Shown piece by piece: positions 13,743-26,785 of a stretch of DNA of 64,000 nucleotides. Below the pieces are notes generated by a model. It was not told the DNA's origin and did no database searches. It saw nothing but the letters and a program-made list of their open reading frames with translations. Position numbers and translations under genes: made by a program. This DNA comes from Octopus vulgaris (taxonomy: Eukaryota), in assembly GCA_951406725.2 (NCBI GenBank), contig OX597833.1, forward strand, positions 46,314,001-46,378,000, read 5' to 3'. Every line of letters starts with the position of its first letter. Position 1 is the stretch's first letter.

Positions 13743-13876
13743 AACGACTTTGTCCTCTGTTTCCGTGATTCTGTCTTTATTGTTCGTGGAACCTGACATA
13801 ATCGTTCATGTCAACTGGGAAATAATTCATGATTTTGTACAGGAAAATGAGAGAAAGAAAGAAAGAAAGAAAGAAA

Positions 13877-13909
<33 letters not shown>

Positions 13910-14216
13910 GAAGGAAGGAAGGACCGGAACGGAAGATGATGAATTAGAGCCCACCTCAAGAACGAATGTCAAAGGTATTGTTGGGAATACCTTACGCTAT
14001 TTCAATTTCACTATTAATGACGTGACCATCACGCAATCTAGGTAGAGCAGCCGATTTTATATGAGGGGAGATTCGACTGAATGAAATTGTATTACAACCA
14101 ACAAATTACCACCACCACCATCACCATCATAGCCATCACCACTACCACCACAACTATTGCCGTCTTCATCGTTATCATCGTCGTCGTTAATGGCTTCCAC
14201 CTTATCAGTTACCTCA

Positions 14217-14460
14217 GTGGAGGCGCGTGGCTTAGTGGTTAAGGTGTTGGACTCATGATCGTAAGATTGTGGTGTCGATTCCTGGACCGGGCGAGGCGTT
14301 GCGTTTTTGACCAAAATAATTTATTTCAAGTTGTTCCAGTCCACTCAGCCGGCAAAAATGAGTAATCTTGTGACAGACTGGCGTCCCTTCCAGGCGAAGA
14401 ATACAAATGCCATAGAAATCAGGAAACCGACCCCTATAAGTCGGTAGGACTCCAGAAGGA
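14217..14460 (+). mobile_element. tRNA-derived SINE family C
   Basis: GTGGAGGCGCGTGGCTTAGTGGTTAAGG A-box-like and GTCGATTCC B-box-like motifs. Confidence 0.85.
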
Positions 14461-14544
14461 AACTTTACCATCATTTGCATCAGCAACGTTCTTCTTCTCT
14501 CCGCTTGAAACACGCGATATAGTCAGTCCCTCGTCTTCAATATT

Positions 14545-15104
14545 TGAGGATTTTCTACTCTAGGCACAACGCGCGAAATCTTTGGGCAGTGGGCCAGTCG
14601 ATTAGATCGACCTCAGTATGCAACTGGTACTTAATTCTTCGACCCCGAAAGCATGAAAGGCAAAGTTGACCTCGGCGGGATTTGAACGTAAAGACAGACC
14701 AAATACCTATTTCTTTACTACCCACCAGGGGCTAAACACAGAGGGGACAAACAGGGACAGACAAACGGATTATGTCGATTATATCGACCCCAGTGCGTAA
14801 CTGGTACATATTTAATCGACCCTAAAAAGATGAAAGGCAAAGTCGACCTCGACGGAATTTGAACTCAGAACGTAACGGCAGACGAAATACCTATTTCTTT
14901 ACTACCTACAAGAGGCTAAACTCACAGAGGGGACAAACAAGGACAGACAAACGGATTAAGCGTAACTGGTACTTATTTAATCGATCCCGAAAGGATGAAA
15001 GGCAAAGTCGACCTCGGCGGAATTTGAACTCAGAACGTAGCGGCAGATGAAATACCGCTAAGCATTTCGCCCGGCGTGCTAACGTTTCTGCCAGCTCGCC
15101 GCCT
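14545..15104 (-). mobile_element. SINE family B trimer
   Basis: Three tandem cores (GATGAAAGGCAAAGTCGACCTCGGCGGAATTTGAAC on +); head at 15104. Confidence 0.9.
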
Positions 15105-15239
15105 TGATTTTCTTCAATGCTGGATTGCTGCTTATATGTTATAACCAGTAATATAAGAGGGCTCTACTATACTAATTTTTTGTTCTCCATCTTCCTCCTG
15201 CACTTACTCCTGTCCCTGCCTCTTCAGAAGAATTCTTTT

Positions 15240-15608
15240 ATTCTTTTACTTGTTTCAGTCATCTGACTACAGCCATGCTGGAGCACCGCCTTAATGGGTT
15301 TTTAGTCGAAGAAATCGACCCCAAGACTTATTCTTTGTAAGCCTAGCACTTATTCAATCGGTTTATTTTGTCAAACCGCTAAGTTACAGGTACGTAAACA
15401 CACCAACATCGGTTGTCAAGCGATGGTGGGGGAAGACAAACACAGACACACTCACACATAAATATATAAATTTATATATACGACGGGCTTCTTTCAGTTT
15501 CCGTCTACCAAATCCACTTACAAGGCTTTGGTTGGCCCGAGGCTATAGTAAAAGACACTTGCCCAAGGTGCCACGCAGTGGAACCCAGAATCTTCTTACT
15601 ACACAGCC
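15240..15608 (-). mobile_element. SINE family A, 5' truncated
   Basis: Reverse-complement match to family A. Confidence 0.88.
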
Positions 15609-15891
15609 GCATGACATGATAAAGGGAAGACGTTGTAAATAGAGTTTGCTATTTTACAGTCGCAATCAAAATGGGAAAGCCATACAATTCCAACCAAAAA
15701 GCTTCAAGTGAATTAATCACATATTTTGGTGTGTGTGCACGTGTGTATGAGCGTGTGTGTGTGCGTGTGTGTATGTGTATGTATGTGTGGAGGGGCGTAT
15801 GTGTGCGCGAGGGAGAGAGGGTATTTTCTGTGTGTATGTGTGATGTGTTAGCATCTGCGTGCACACATGTATATATGTGTATGTGTATACG

Positions 15892-15970
<79 letters not shown>

Positions 15971-15988
15971 TGCACACACACACATATA

Positions 15989-16099
15989 CGAGGGGTGTAT
16001 GAAAAGTCTTGAGCATAAAAAAAACAAGACTTCTGATGGATGTACAAGACTTCAAAGCTCAAAGGCCTTAAAGGGTCAAAACGTTTCATACACCCATCG
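15989..16099. mobile_element. 111-bp mariner-type MITE
   Basis: TA|CGAGGGGTGTATGAAA...TTTCATACACCCATCG|TA. Confidence 0.8.
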
Positions 16100-16105
16100 T
16101 ATATT

Positions 16106-16227
16106 GGCGCCGGCGTGGCAGTGTGGTAAGAAGCTTGCTTCCCAATAACATGGTTCGGGTGTTCAGTCCCACTACGTGGCACTTTGTTAATAGACTTGGT
16201 AGCCGCAAAATGAAAGAAGCCCGTCGT
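16106..16227 (+). mobile_element. SINE family A 5' fragment
   Basis: GGCGTGGCAGTGTGGTAAGAAGCTTGCTT...GAAAGAAGCCCGTCG. Confidence 0.8.
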
Positions 16228-16251
16228 AAGTAGGTATGTGTGCGCGTGGAC

Positions 16252-16294
<43 letters not shown>

Positions 16295-16296
16295 GG

Positions 16297-17033
16297 TAAG
16301 ATCCAAGGATCAAGATATAAGAAAATAGCAAGCTTCGAGTAATCCGTAGAAGGTATAAAACCCAACTTTCGGGAACTATAGTGATTTATTGACGTAGACG
16401 GTCGTAAAGTTTTCCCCGTATCGAAGCTCGATAAGCTGAAAAAAATTGTTTTATAGCTTACGGTTAGCAGCAGGGGTTGCTGTATATGCGAATAAAAATC
16501 CAAAATTGGGGAATGGGGCAAACAGACTCCAAACCTCGGAAGTAGTAATTATCCCAGGTACTACTCGGTCGAGTCAAAGATACCTTAATCAAAAGAAGTT
16601 TACATTATCGTCAAGGGATATCATGTTGACTGGCAGGGGATTCGATTTTCAGCTCCTGCTAGTTAACATTAGATCCCTTGACAATATTAACTTCTTTTGA
16701 TGAAGGTATCTTTAGCCCAACAAGTAGCTAGCGGATAATTACTCGTTTGGATAATTACTACTTCCGAGATTCTACTATCTATGAAGTATATGTAGCCTGG
16801 ATTTTATCAACTCCATTCCCTAATTTTGGGGTTTTATTCGCACACACAACAAACCCTGCTGCTAACTGAAAGCCATAAAACAATTTTTTTCAGCTTATCG
16901 CTGAATGGATATGGGAGAAGATTTACAACCTTCTACGTCAACAAACCACTATTGTTCCTGAAAGTTGTTTTCTATACAGTCTATGGACTGCTCGAAGCTT
17001 ACTACCGACCTACACATTGATCCTTGGATCTTA
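16297..17033. mobile_element. Foldback-type palindromic element (about 735 bp)
   Basis: Termini TAAGATCCAAGGATCAA and TTGATCCTTGGATCTTA; imperfect complementarity runs to a central loop near 16645. Confidence 0.88.
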
Positions 17034-17047
17034 TATATATATATATA

Positions 17048-17230
17048 GTTAATCCAAACATGAAAACACAATGAGAAAACACAACAACGCGAGGACGTGG
17101 AACAAATATAGTATTATTGGACACTCAGGAAAGAAGGAGGGTTTAACGTTTCGAGCGGAGCTCTTCCCCAGAAACATAGGAAAAGGAAAGATCCAAAGAA
17201 GGGAAAACAGAGGAAAAAAATCGCCAATGG
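17048..17230 (-). mobile_element. Penelope-like terminal-repeat relic with mutated minimal hammerhead (17141-17175)
   Basis: - strand: guuu-CUGGGGA-a-gagc-ucc-gcuc-GAAA-cg-UU/aaac; homologous to 57383-57584. Confidence 0.65.
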
Positions 17231-17235
17231 AACAT

Positions 17236-17834
17236 AAATTCAATGTCACTTTCAGCATCAAATAACTGTTCCGTTTGTTCCTCCGTAAACATGTCAGCAT
17301 CATTGTAGTGTAAATCTCCGTCATCGTCAGATTCATAGTCAACATCAGAAGATTCACTTTCATTTATCTCATCTTTCCATACAACGTCATCCTGAGTATC
17401 ATCCAGTGCAGACGATATACAACATTCGATAAAACTTTTCGCAATAATCTGGGGATCAAGTTCATTCCATGCATACACGATCCATTTGCATATCAAAGTC
17501 AGGTCGGGAGCGAGAAATATGTTTGTAAATATGTTTGCAAATTGTTTTTGTTACATGTTATACTGTGTTCTGAATACTTTTATTTTAATAAATGTTGCTT
17601 ACTACAAGTTATGGATAATTCTTTTATGACTTCATTGCTTTCAGGCTTAGCTTAAGGTATTTTCGCGCCCGACACCACAAAATGCGTCTGAATAAACATT
17701 GCCGGACAGCAAATAGAGACTCGGACATTGCTTAGAAAATAATTTTCATTTTTAACCCCGTATATAGTACGCTCTAGGGATTTTGAATTTAAAATTTTAG
17801 GGAAAAAATGCGGATTATAGTCGAGGACTTACGG
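17236..17834 (-). mobile_element. pogo/Tigger-like deletion derivative
   Basis: C-terminal DDE_1-like peptide WIVYAWNELDPQIIAKSFIECCISSALDDTQDDVVW plus acidic tail (17240-17496); TIR-like TA|CCGTAAGTCCTCGACTATAATCCGCA at the right end. Confidence 0.8.
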
Positions 17835-18507
17835 TATTTACACTAGATTCAATGTCGACTTGTATGCTGGAATATACAGTATCTAAAGATTATCCTCGTC
17901 ACAGACTTTCTGCTGTGGTTTTGGCAAAGCCACTTAAATTTCTATGGTGCGGTCCACTTATCTTTATGGTTTCTATGATCACACAATTTCGGTTCTACAG
18001 TGATTGCAGCAGAGCAACTCGCTATGATCTTTTAGGTTTATTATCTTTAGATTTATAAGTGGTAGGCGTGAATTTTATCGAGGTCTTTCAGCAAGGCGTG
18101 TAACTGTCTACTGAAAAGTGAAGTATGAAAGTCTAATTTTTTCCTTTCGTTCTTTTTTATTTTTTGTAATTGTTGTTATCTTTTTTTTTTTTGGTCTTTT
18201 AACATTTCTTTGTAACTGGGGATGAGCAATAGAAGAAAGGCTAAGTTTGAGATGAACCAAGATGAGACTTCAATTTAAAGCTGAAGCGATTTCATTTCAC
18301 TTCACTTCACTTATGATCCTCTTAATACTTTTCGAAAAGGGCATGGATCACACTAACTCATCTTCTCATAAATAATCATTTTACACACACACACACACAC
18401 ACACATGTATATACATGCATACATATATACATACATACTTATCTATATATATATATATGTGTGTGTGTATGTATGTATATATATATGTGTGTGTGTGTGT
18501 ATGTATA

Positions 18508-18848
18508 GCGACGACCCTGCCTGCCACGCTGGCTCCGGCTGAGAGTACCCGGTATGGGTCCCTATCCAGGGTTACGGAAAAGAGACAACCTTTAAAGAAA
18601 ACCCAGAGTGTTCAACTCGACACTATTCCGGCAGCTCCTGCAACCAAACTGGTGTCAAACGTAATGCTCTGCACTCCTTTGGACTACGCCAGCAAGGTCA
18701 GGAGAGGAATCCTGACGATTGGGCTACCCAGGATTTTCTTACATCTAGCCCAGGCCTGCGCAAAACTGGAGAGGACATGAAATGTAAAAACCAGACTGGA
18801 TTAGTTTATGCGCAACTCCATTGCCTCCCGAGACAAAATGATGCCAAC

Positions 18849-18850
<2 letters not shown>
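18508..18850 (+). mobile_element. Probable LINE (RTE-like) 5' region fragment
   Basis: GC-richer block between microsatellites, recalled as resembling RTE-clade 5' UTRs; not verifiable here. Confidence 0.35.
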
Positions 18851-18917
<67 letters not shown>

Positions 18918-19040
18918 ATAGAGAGAGAGAGGGGGGGGGGGGAGAAAGAGAAAAGAACGTAAATTTCAAACGCAGTGTAGCTGTGAAAACAGCTGAAAGG
19001 TTAGATAGTTTACCCTTATAAGAGAGAATACCCAATCATT

Positions 19041-19365
19041 CAGCTGTGTTCACGGCTATACTGCGTTCGAAATTTGCTTTCTTGTCTGGAGAATATCAAA
19101 CACATTCGACGCTTCCAAAGCTTTTTATTATAATGTTGTCACATTCCAAAAGCTATTATTATTTGATGGTAATTGTTGTCAGCAGGCCGTTTCACTTAAC
19201 GGTAGAGTACTCATTTGTTATGTGAGGAGTTCGAGTCCAGTATCCGTCTGTTGGCAACATCTGTTGGTAAAATCCCCAATTTTTCTGCTGTTTTGAAGGC
19301 TATACTGCGTTCGAAATTTGCTTTTTTGTCTATAAAATACCAAACACGTTCGATGCTTCCAAACA
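19041..19365 (+). repeat. Diverged local tandem duplication
   Basis: GGCTATACTGCGTTCGAAATTTGCTTT...CAAACAC.TTCGA.GCTTCCAAA occurs at about 19054 and 19298. Confidence 0.85.
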
Positions 19366-19761
19366 TCTTTATATATGAAAGTGAGGTTGTATGCTGTCTG
19401 TCCCCTTCGATTTAGATTCCTAACTACTCCCACATTTTGCGGTGCAGTTTAACCAAATTCGGGTATCTTATAGTCGTGATTCATATCGAGCCCGTCTGAG
19501 TATTAGCGCGCGTCTACGATGAGTCTACGATTTTAAAAATAATTTACCATCATTTTTTCCACTTTAATGCATATTGTTTTAAATATAAGGGAAGTAACTC
19601 TCTAAAAATGTCTACGATGAGTCAACGATTTAAAAAAAATTTACCATAATTTGTTTTCCATTTTTAATGCATTTTTTGCTATTTTTTGGCTATAACTCTC
19701 TAAAAATGCTTATATAGTTATTTCCCTTACAAACCCGAGCAACGCCGGGCGATACTGCTAG
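19366..19761 (+). mobile_element. Non-autonomous Helitron
   Basis: A|TC start, CCCGAGCAACGCCGGG subterminal hairpin, CTAG|T end, no TSD. Confidence 0.88.
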
Positions 19762-19885
19762 TTTTTTTATAAAATGTTGTTCCATCCCAATATATATAAT
19801 GAAGACAGAAAATAGAGAAATATCGATAAACAACAATTGACTTACATTAATTATTATTTATTAATGCAATGCAAATAGACTGCAT

Positions 19886-20001
19886 CCCATCTAACAGCTG
19901 TTTCTGCTTCCAATGCTGTGTGGTGTTGCCATTGATATGCTAAAAATATTTATCATATTTGGTAATGAAACCGATCTGAAACACGGAGCTTCATCAGAGT
20001 G
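19886..20001 (-). ncRNA. Degenerate type I hammerhead motif with long stem II
   Basis: - strand: cacu-CUGAUGA-a-gcucc...(long hairpin)...ggaagc-a-GAAA-cagcug-UU/agaug. Palindromic ACAGCUGU stem III; stem I needs a bulge. Confidence 0.5.
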
Positions 20002-20107
20002 AAGAATAAATAAAGAAGAAGAAAATAGAGAACAAGGGAAAAGTTGAATATGATTGTAATCATACCATTTGTGTGTGCGGCGTCCCCAAAGTCCATCCCC
20101 TCCTCAC

Positions 20108-20364
20108 CGTGGTGGGGACGCTGGCGCAACGGGTAGTGTCAGAGCTATGCCGTCGGGAACTTCGCTTCCTGGTAGGGCCACCCAAGGCGCATTGGTCTGA
20201 CACCGAGTGGTATTAGGGCCACAACCCGGCAGACGGGGGGCTCTGGTGAAAATCCTCGAAGTGTCTGCTTCGGCAACCGGCGGCTCCTCGGTCGTTCTGT
20301 CCCTGCGTCTGCGGACAATCTGCGGCAAAGAGGATATCTCCACATGCGGGATTGTTGGGGACCG
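20108..20364 (-). CDS. Candidate internal exon, unknown Pro/Arg-rich peptide
   Basis: GC-rich 257 nt; acceptor cttcttctatttcacaag, donor cg|gtgagg; one frame open (RSPTIPHVEISSLPQIVRRRRDRTTEEPP...APASPP). No homology recognised. Confidence 0.3.
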
Positions 20365-20643
20365 CTTGTGAAATAGAAGAAGCCGACAGAAGACATAATC
20401 CAATGTCTACAATAAGTCTTATTTTATGGTGTATTTTGGGAGTTATTTGGCTGCTATATTTAGCAGGCCACACCACCTCCTTCTTACTCCATCGCTCTCT
20501 CTCGTGGGGAACTTGTAATCGTTCTTGTTCTTGTTTTTGTTGGTTAGTAGTAGTGGTGATGGTGGTGGTGCTGCTGCTGCTACTACTGCTGCTGCTGCTG
20601 CTGTTGGGTGATGGAAGAAAAAGTTTGTGATTTATTTATTTGA

Positions 20644-20692
<49 letters not shown>

Positions 20693-20785
20693 TATATATA
20701 TTTCAGAAGAAAAGGTGAGTGAAACAGTGTGGGTGGCAAGAAGCAGTAAAGGGAGACTCCTCAGACGTACATGCACGTGCGCGCA

Positions 20786-20822
<37 letters not shown>

Positions 20823-20870
20823 TACTATACTATGTGAGATAGATAGATAGATATGTATGTATGCCAGTAC

Positions 20871-20907
<37 letters not shown>

Positions 20908-21343
20908 CATATATATATACATATATATACATATATATATATACACATATATATATACACACATATATATATATATACACACACACATATATATGCATAT
21001 GCATGAATCTATGTCGATATGTACGTCTTCATGTATGTTTAAAATATAAATTTACTGATCACCATCTCTAGGTCTAACATATTTGCCACCCTAATCACCA
21101 GATTAACGTTTCACATCAGTGATTTCATTTATCATCACCACTTTATAGATATATGTCTTATCATTCCATCTGTGTAATAATATGTATACACACGCTTGTG
21201 CGTGTGTGTGTGTATGTCTGTATTTGTATATATACATGTTATGTGTGTGAGTGTGTGTGTGTGTATATGTGTATGAGTCTGTATAATTGTGATTAGATTT
21301 GTGAGTGTATATATGTGGGTGTGTATGCACGTGCATAAATATA

Positions 21344-21389
<46 letters not shown>

Positions 21390-21550
21390 TAAACATACAT
21401 GGATATGTAGCTATCTACACATCCTCATCACACACACTATGTGTTTGTGTGTATGTTTGAGTATACATGTACGTAATGTATGTATGCATACAGATATACA
21501 TGCATGTATATATGCATGTGAATATATATATATAGATATATGTATGTGTG

Positions 21551-21664
<114 letters not shown>

Positions 21665-21683
21665 TGTATGTATATATATGTAC

Positions 21684-21744
<61 letters not shown>

Positions 21745-21919
21745 TATGTATGTGTATGTGTCTATGTGCGTATCTGTGTGTGCCTGGGCGTTACTGTTCA
21801 CAAACCGGAGTGAAAGTACTCAATACCCCTGATAGTTTATACTCATTTTTTCATTTGTTTTTGTTTTTTTGTTGTTGATGCAGTTGTCTCTTACACATGA
21901 TATTCTACGTTGTCTAGCT

Positions 21920-22153
21920 CAGCGCTTTTTTCAGACTGTGGGTTCCGACTCCTCAGTGAATCGCGAGATTAACAAAACAAAATGGGTCGCGACGAAAAAG
22001 GAGGAAAGATAAAAAAAAAAAAAAAAAAGAAACGCAAATGGGGAGCAAATTGCAGAATATAAACCAGCGTTCTTCAAACTGTGGGTCGCGACTCTTCAGT
22101 GGGTCGCAAAATATATAAAACGGGTCGCGACAAAAAAAGTTGGCAAAACGTTG
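21920..22153. mobile_element. Two small hAT/Charlie-like MITE units
   Basis: CAGCG.T.TTCA.ACTGTGGGT..CGACTC.TCAGTG..TCGC...GGGTCGCGAC repeated at about 21920 and 22065. Confidence 0.6.
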
Positions 22154-22569
22154 GTCTAGCTGGCTCATTCGACAGAATTAGTTGCATACGATAAACTGAC
22201 AATTTGTAACGCTATATTAGTTAGGAGGAAAAAAGCTGACGAAACAATTGGAACTAATTATTCGGACAAGTACGATTAGCTGGTACCATTATATAGGAGT
22301 GAAAGGTAGTAAATAGGTAGTGGCTAGAGCAAAACTAACCACCTTCCGCCTTTCTCTTTCTTTCTTTCTTTCTTTCTTTCTTTTTTTCTTTCTTTCTTTC
22401 TTTCTTTCTCTTCCCCCTCTTTCTCCTTATCTCTCTTTTATAATTTTTCTGCTGATCTGTGGCTAAAGTTTTGTATTTATTTTGATGCCAAACGGATGGC
22501 AAGCTAATTCTGAGATCCCGCCAACGTGACAACTAATCGTTTAACTAGTTGTATAAAAATAAATAAATG

Positions 22570-22815
22570 CGCCCTTTTCAAAGCCTAGCCAGGCTCATGG
22601 GCCCGGTTTCCCGGTTTCTGTAGCGTATGTGCTCCCCAGCTGGACGGGACGCCAGTCCATCGCAGCGTTACTCATTTTTGCCAGCTGAGTGGACTGGAGC
22701 AACGTGAAATGAAGTGTTTTGCTCAAGAACACAACGCGTCGCCCGGTCCAAGAATCGAAACCACAATCTTACGATCATGGTATTGACACCCTGACCACTA
22801 AGCCACACACCTCCA
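22570..22815 (-). mobile_element. SINE family C
   Basis: Reverse-complement match to 14217-14460. Confidence 0.85.
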
Positions 22816-23096
22816 CAAACTAGTATGCTTCCGTCCATTGACTGAGCAAATAACTTGTCTGTTTTCTCATGAAATTTGTCTTCGTGTCTTGAACCACTAG
22901 CTCGATATCGTGGAAACTGGTGTGTCAGACATCTTGAATCAGCCAAAATATATGCACGCACGTACAAGTGTGTGTGTGGTTGTATGATGGGTGCAGTAGG
23001 TAAGAGTGTGGGGGGGGTGTACGTGTTGCTACATACAAGTGCATGTGTATGTGTACACATTGATAACTAGATTGGTAGACTGACAGAAAGACAATG

Positions 23097-23172
<76 letters not shown>

Positions 23173-23174
<2 letters not shown>

Positions 23175-23543
23175 GCGGCGAACTGGCAGAAACGTTAGCA
23201 CGCCGGGCGAGATGCTTAGCGGACTTTGCCTTTCATCCTTTCGGAGTCGACTAAATAAGTACCAGTTACGCACTGGTGTCGATATAATCGACTTAATCCG
23301 TTTGTCTGTCCTTGTTTTTCCTCTCTGTGTGTTTAGCCCCTTGTTGGTAGTAAAGAAATAGGTATTTCGTTTGCCGTTACGGTCTAAGTTCAAATTCCGC
23401 CGTGGTCGACTTTGTCTTTCATCCTTTCGGGGTCGATAAATTAAGTAGCAGTTCCGCACTGGGGTCGATGCAATTGACTTAATCCGTTTGTCTGTCTTTG
23501 TTTGTCCCCTCTGTTTAGCCCCTTGTGGGTAATAAAGAAATAA
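23173..23543 (+). mobile_element. SINE family B dimer inside an (AGAT)n tract
   Basis: Head GGCGGCGAACTGGCAG, two cores, GATA repeats on both sides. Confidence 0.88.
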
Positions 23544-23598
23544 GATAGATAGATAGATAGATAGATAGATACATACATACATACATACAGACATACAT

Positions 23599-23633
<35 letters not shown>

Positions 23634-24046
23634 TGGACAGATACGTAATCAGACAGATAGGTAAGACAGACAGACAGACAGACACACAAAGAAAGTGAGA
23701 GAGCGAGAGAAATATGAGTACACATGGTTCAATCTTTGCTAATGACATGCACTGAAAAGAAAATTCCAATAAGACTGACTTCTGCTATATATTTTGCATC
23801 GTACACTTAATTTAGATACTTATCCGAAAGGAACGCCAATGCGCAAAATATTACAAACCGTTCTCATTTTACTCTCTCTCTCTCTATCTCTATCTATCTA
23901 TCTTGCTATTTACCTCTCTCTCTCTCCTTCTCTCTCCCTCTTGCTCTCTGTTTCTCACTCTCTCTCTCACTCTCTCTCTCTCACTCTCTCTCTCTCTCAC
24001 TCTCTCTCTTTCTGTTCTTTCGTTCGCCATCTTCCTTCGTTTCTAT

Positions 24047-24375
<329 letters not shown>

Positions 24376-24473
24376 TGTCTGTCACTTTTTATAGTTATTC
24401 TCTCTTTTTATCTCTCTATCTCTTTCTCCTTGTTACTCTCTTCTTCTTCTTCTTCTTCGTTTTCTTTTCTCTC

Positions 24474-24540
<67 letters not shown>

Positions 24541-24864
24541 TCTGATTTATCTATCAACATGAAAACGAAATCTTTCATGGACTCTGCTTTCCTGGAATCT
24601 TTGCAATCCAAAGCACAAAAACAAAAATAAAGAAGGAAAGGTGGAGGAAAAAACTAAATCTACAAAGAAAACAATAACAATAGCCACAATAAAAACACAA
24701 ACCTCCAAGGGAACCCCTACGACTGTTACTCAATCTGCTAGAAATAACAGTTAAATCTTCTTACAATTATGCTCTACTCTCTTAAAAAAAATGGAATGCC
24801 TTTCATCTTAGGCATGCTCAGCTGGGACCAATCTGTAAACAACTACCACAACAAAACCAACACC

Positions 24865-25094
<230 letters not shown>

Positions 25095-25427
25095 ACTGAC
25101 TTAATAAAGACATTTTACATTGGTTCAATGTCCCCAGATATATTGGCGAGGAAGAATTTGATTGTTTGACGTTTATTCCTTTCGTAGCGTGATATAAATT
25201 ACACTCGGAAATTATGGGTCGGTTTCCGCTAACTGGGAGTTTACTTATTTCAATACTTGCGGGACCCATTATACCATTTAACGATTTATTTAGACTAGAT
25301 AGATATAGGCTTAGGTTTCTGTAAGGAAGAGATTATAGAGAACCCATTCATTTGGTCCTTGGGGGGGTATTTTTGTTGATTGTTCTTTCATTTGATGAAA
25401 TATCAACGATATTTACGCGTCTGCCAA

Positions 25428-26088
25428 AGGAGGCGAACTGGCAGAATCGTTAGCACGCCTGGCGATAATGCTGAGCGGTATTTCGTCTGCCGCTACGTTC
25501 TGAGTTCAAATTCCGCCGAGGTCGACTTTGCTTTTCATCCTTTTGGAGTCGATTAAATAAGTACCAGTTACGCACTGGGTCGATATAATCGACTTAATCC
25601 GCTTGTCTGTCCTTGTTTGTCCCCTCTGTGTTTAGCCCCTTGTAGGTAGTAAAGAAATAGATATTTACGCGTCTTCCAAAGGAGGCGAACTGGCAGAATC
25701 GTTAGCACGCCGGGCGAAATACTGAGCGGTATTTCGTCTGCCGCTACGTTCTAAGTTCAAATTCCGCCGAGGTCGACTTCGCTTTTCATCCTTTCGGAGT
25801 CGATTAAATAAGTACCAGTTACGCACTGGGTCGATATAATCGACTTAATTCGTTTATCTGTCCTTGTTTGTCCTCTCTGTGTTTAGCCCCTTGTGGGTAG
25901 TAAAGAAATAGGTATTTCGTCTGTCTTTACGTTCTGAGTTCAATTTCCGCCGAGGTCAACTTTGCTTTCATCTTTTTGGGGTCGATAATTAAGTACCATT
26001 TGCGTACTGTCGTCGATCTAATCGACTGACACCCCACCCTACCCACCCCCAAAATTCGGGCCTTGTTCCTAGAGTAGGAAAGGATATT
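25428..26088 (+). mobile_element. SINE family B tandem array
   Basis: Two near-identical ~250 bp units, each preceded by GATATTTACGCGTCT.CCAAAGGAGGCG, then a third core. Confidence 0.9.
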
Positions 26089-26089
26089 A

Positions 26090-26454
26090 TTCTATCGACT
26101 CAGAAAAGAAGATGGGAAAAGTCGACCTCGGCGGAATTTTAACTCAGAAGGTAAAGGCATGAAATGACGCAAAACATTTTTGACTGGCGTATTAACAATT
26201 TTGCCAGCTCGCCACCCTCCCTCCCACTAGTTGTCATAACTAGTGTAAAATTTTACCACAAGGGTAGCTTTGGGGTAGGTGGGAATGAGTTAATTGCATC
26301 GACCCTAGTGTTCAACTAGTACTTATTTTATCGACCCCGAAAGGATGAAAGGCAAAGTCAACCTCAGCGGAATTTGAACTCAGAACGTAACGGCAGACGA
26401 AATCCGGCTACGCATTTCGCCCGGCGTGCTAACGATTCTGCCAGCTCGCCGCCT
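26090..26454 (-). mobile_element. Two SINE family B copies
   Basis: Heads at about 26215 and 26454 (CCAGCTCGCC on +). Confidence 0.82.
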
Positions 26455-26464
26455 TACACTAATA

Positions 26465-26752
26465 GGAGCACTCCGTCGGTTACGACGGCGAGGGTCCTAG
26501 CTAATCAACGGAACAGCTTGCTCGTGAAATTAACTGAGCAATCCACAGACACGTGTACCCCTAACGGAGTTCTCAGGGAGATTCAGCGTAACACAGAGTG
26601 TGACAAACCGGCCCTCATTTTTGCCAGCTGGGTAGACTGGAGCAAAGTGAAATAAAGTGTCTTGCTCAAGGACACAACGCGTCGCTGGGAATTGAGCTCA
26701 CGACCTTACAATCGTGAGCCGAATGCCCTAACCACTACGCCACGCGCCTCCA
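26465..26752 (-). mobile_element. Chimeric SINE (family C-like head with family D tail)
   Basis: Tail matches 26792-26960; head matches family C; flanked by the direct repeat CTTACACTAATAG. Confidence 0.8.
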
Positions 26753-26785
26753 CCTTACACTAATAGTAGTAATAACAACAGGTAT

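Noticed and set aside
15649-16521. Longest ORF (290 aa)
   Set aside because: Runs through microsatellites, a MITE, a SINE and the foldback arm; no coherent protein.
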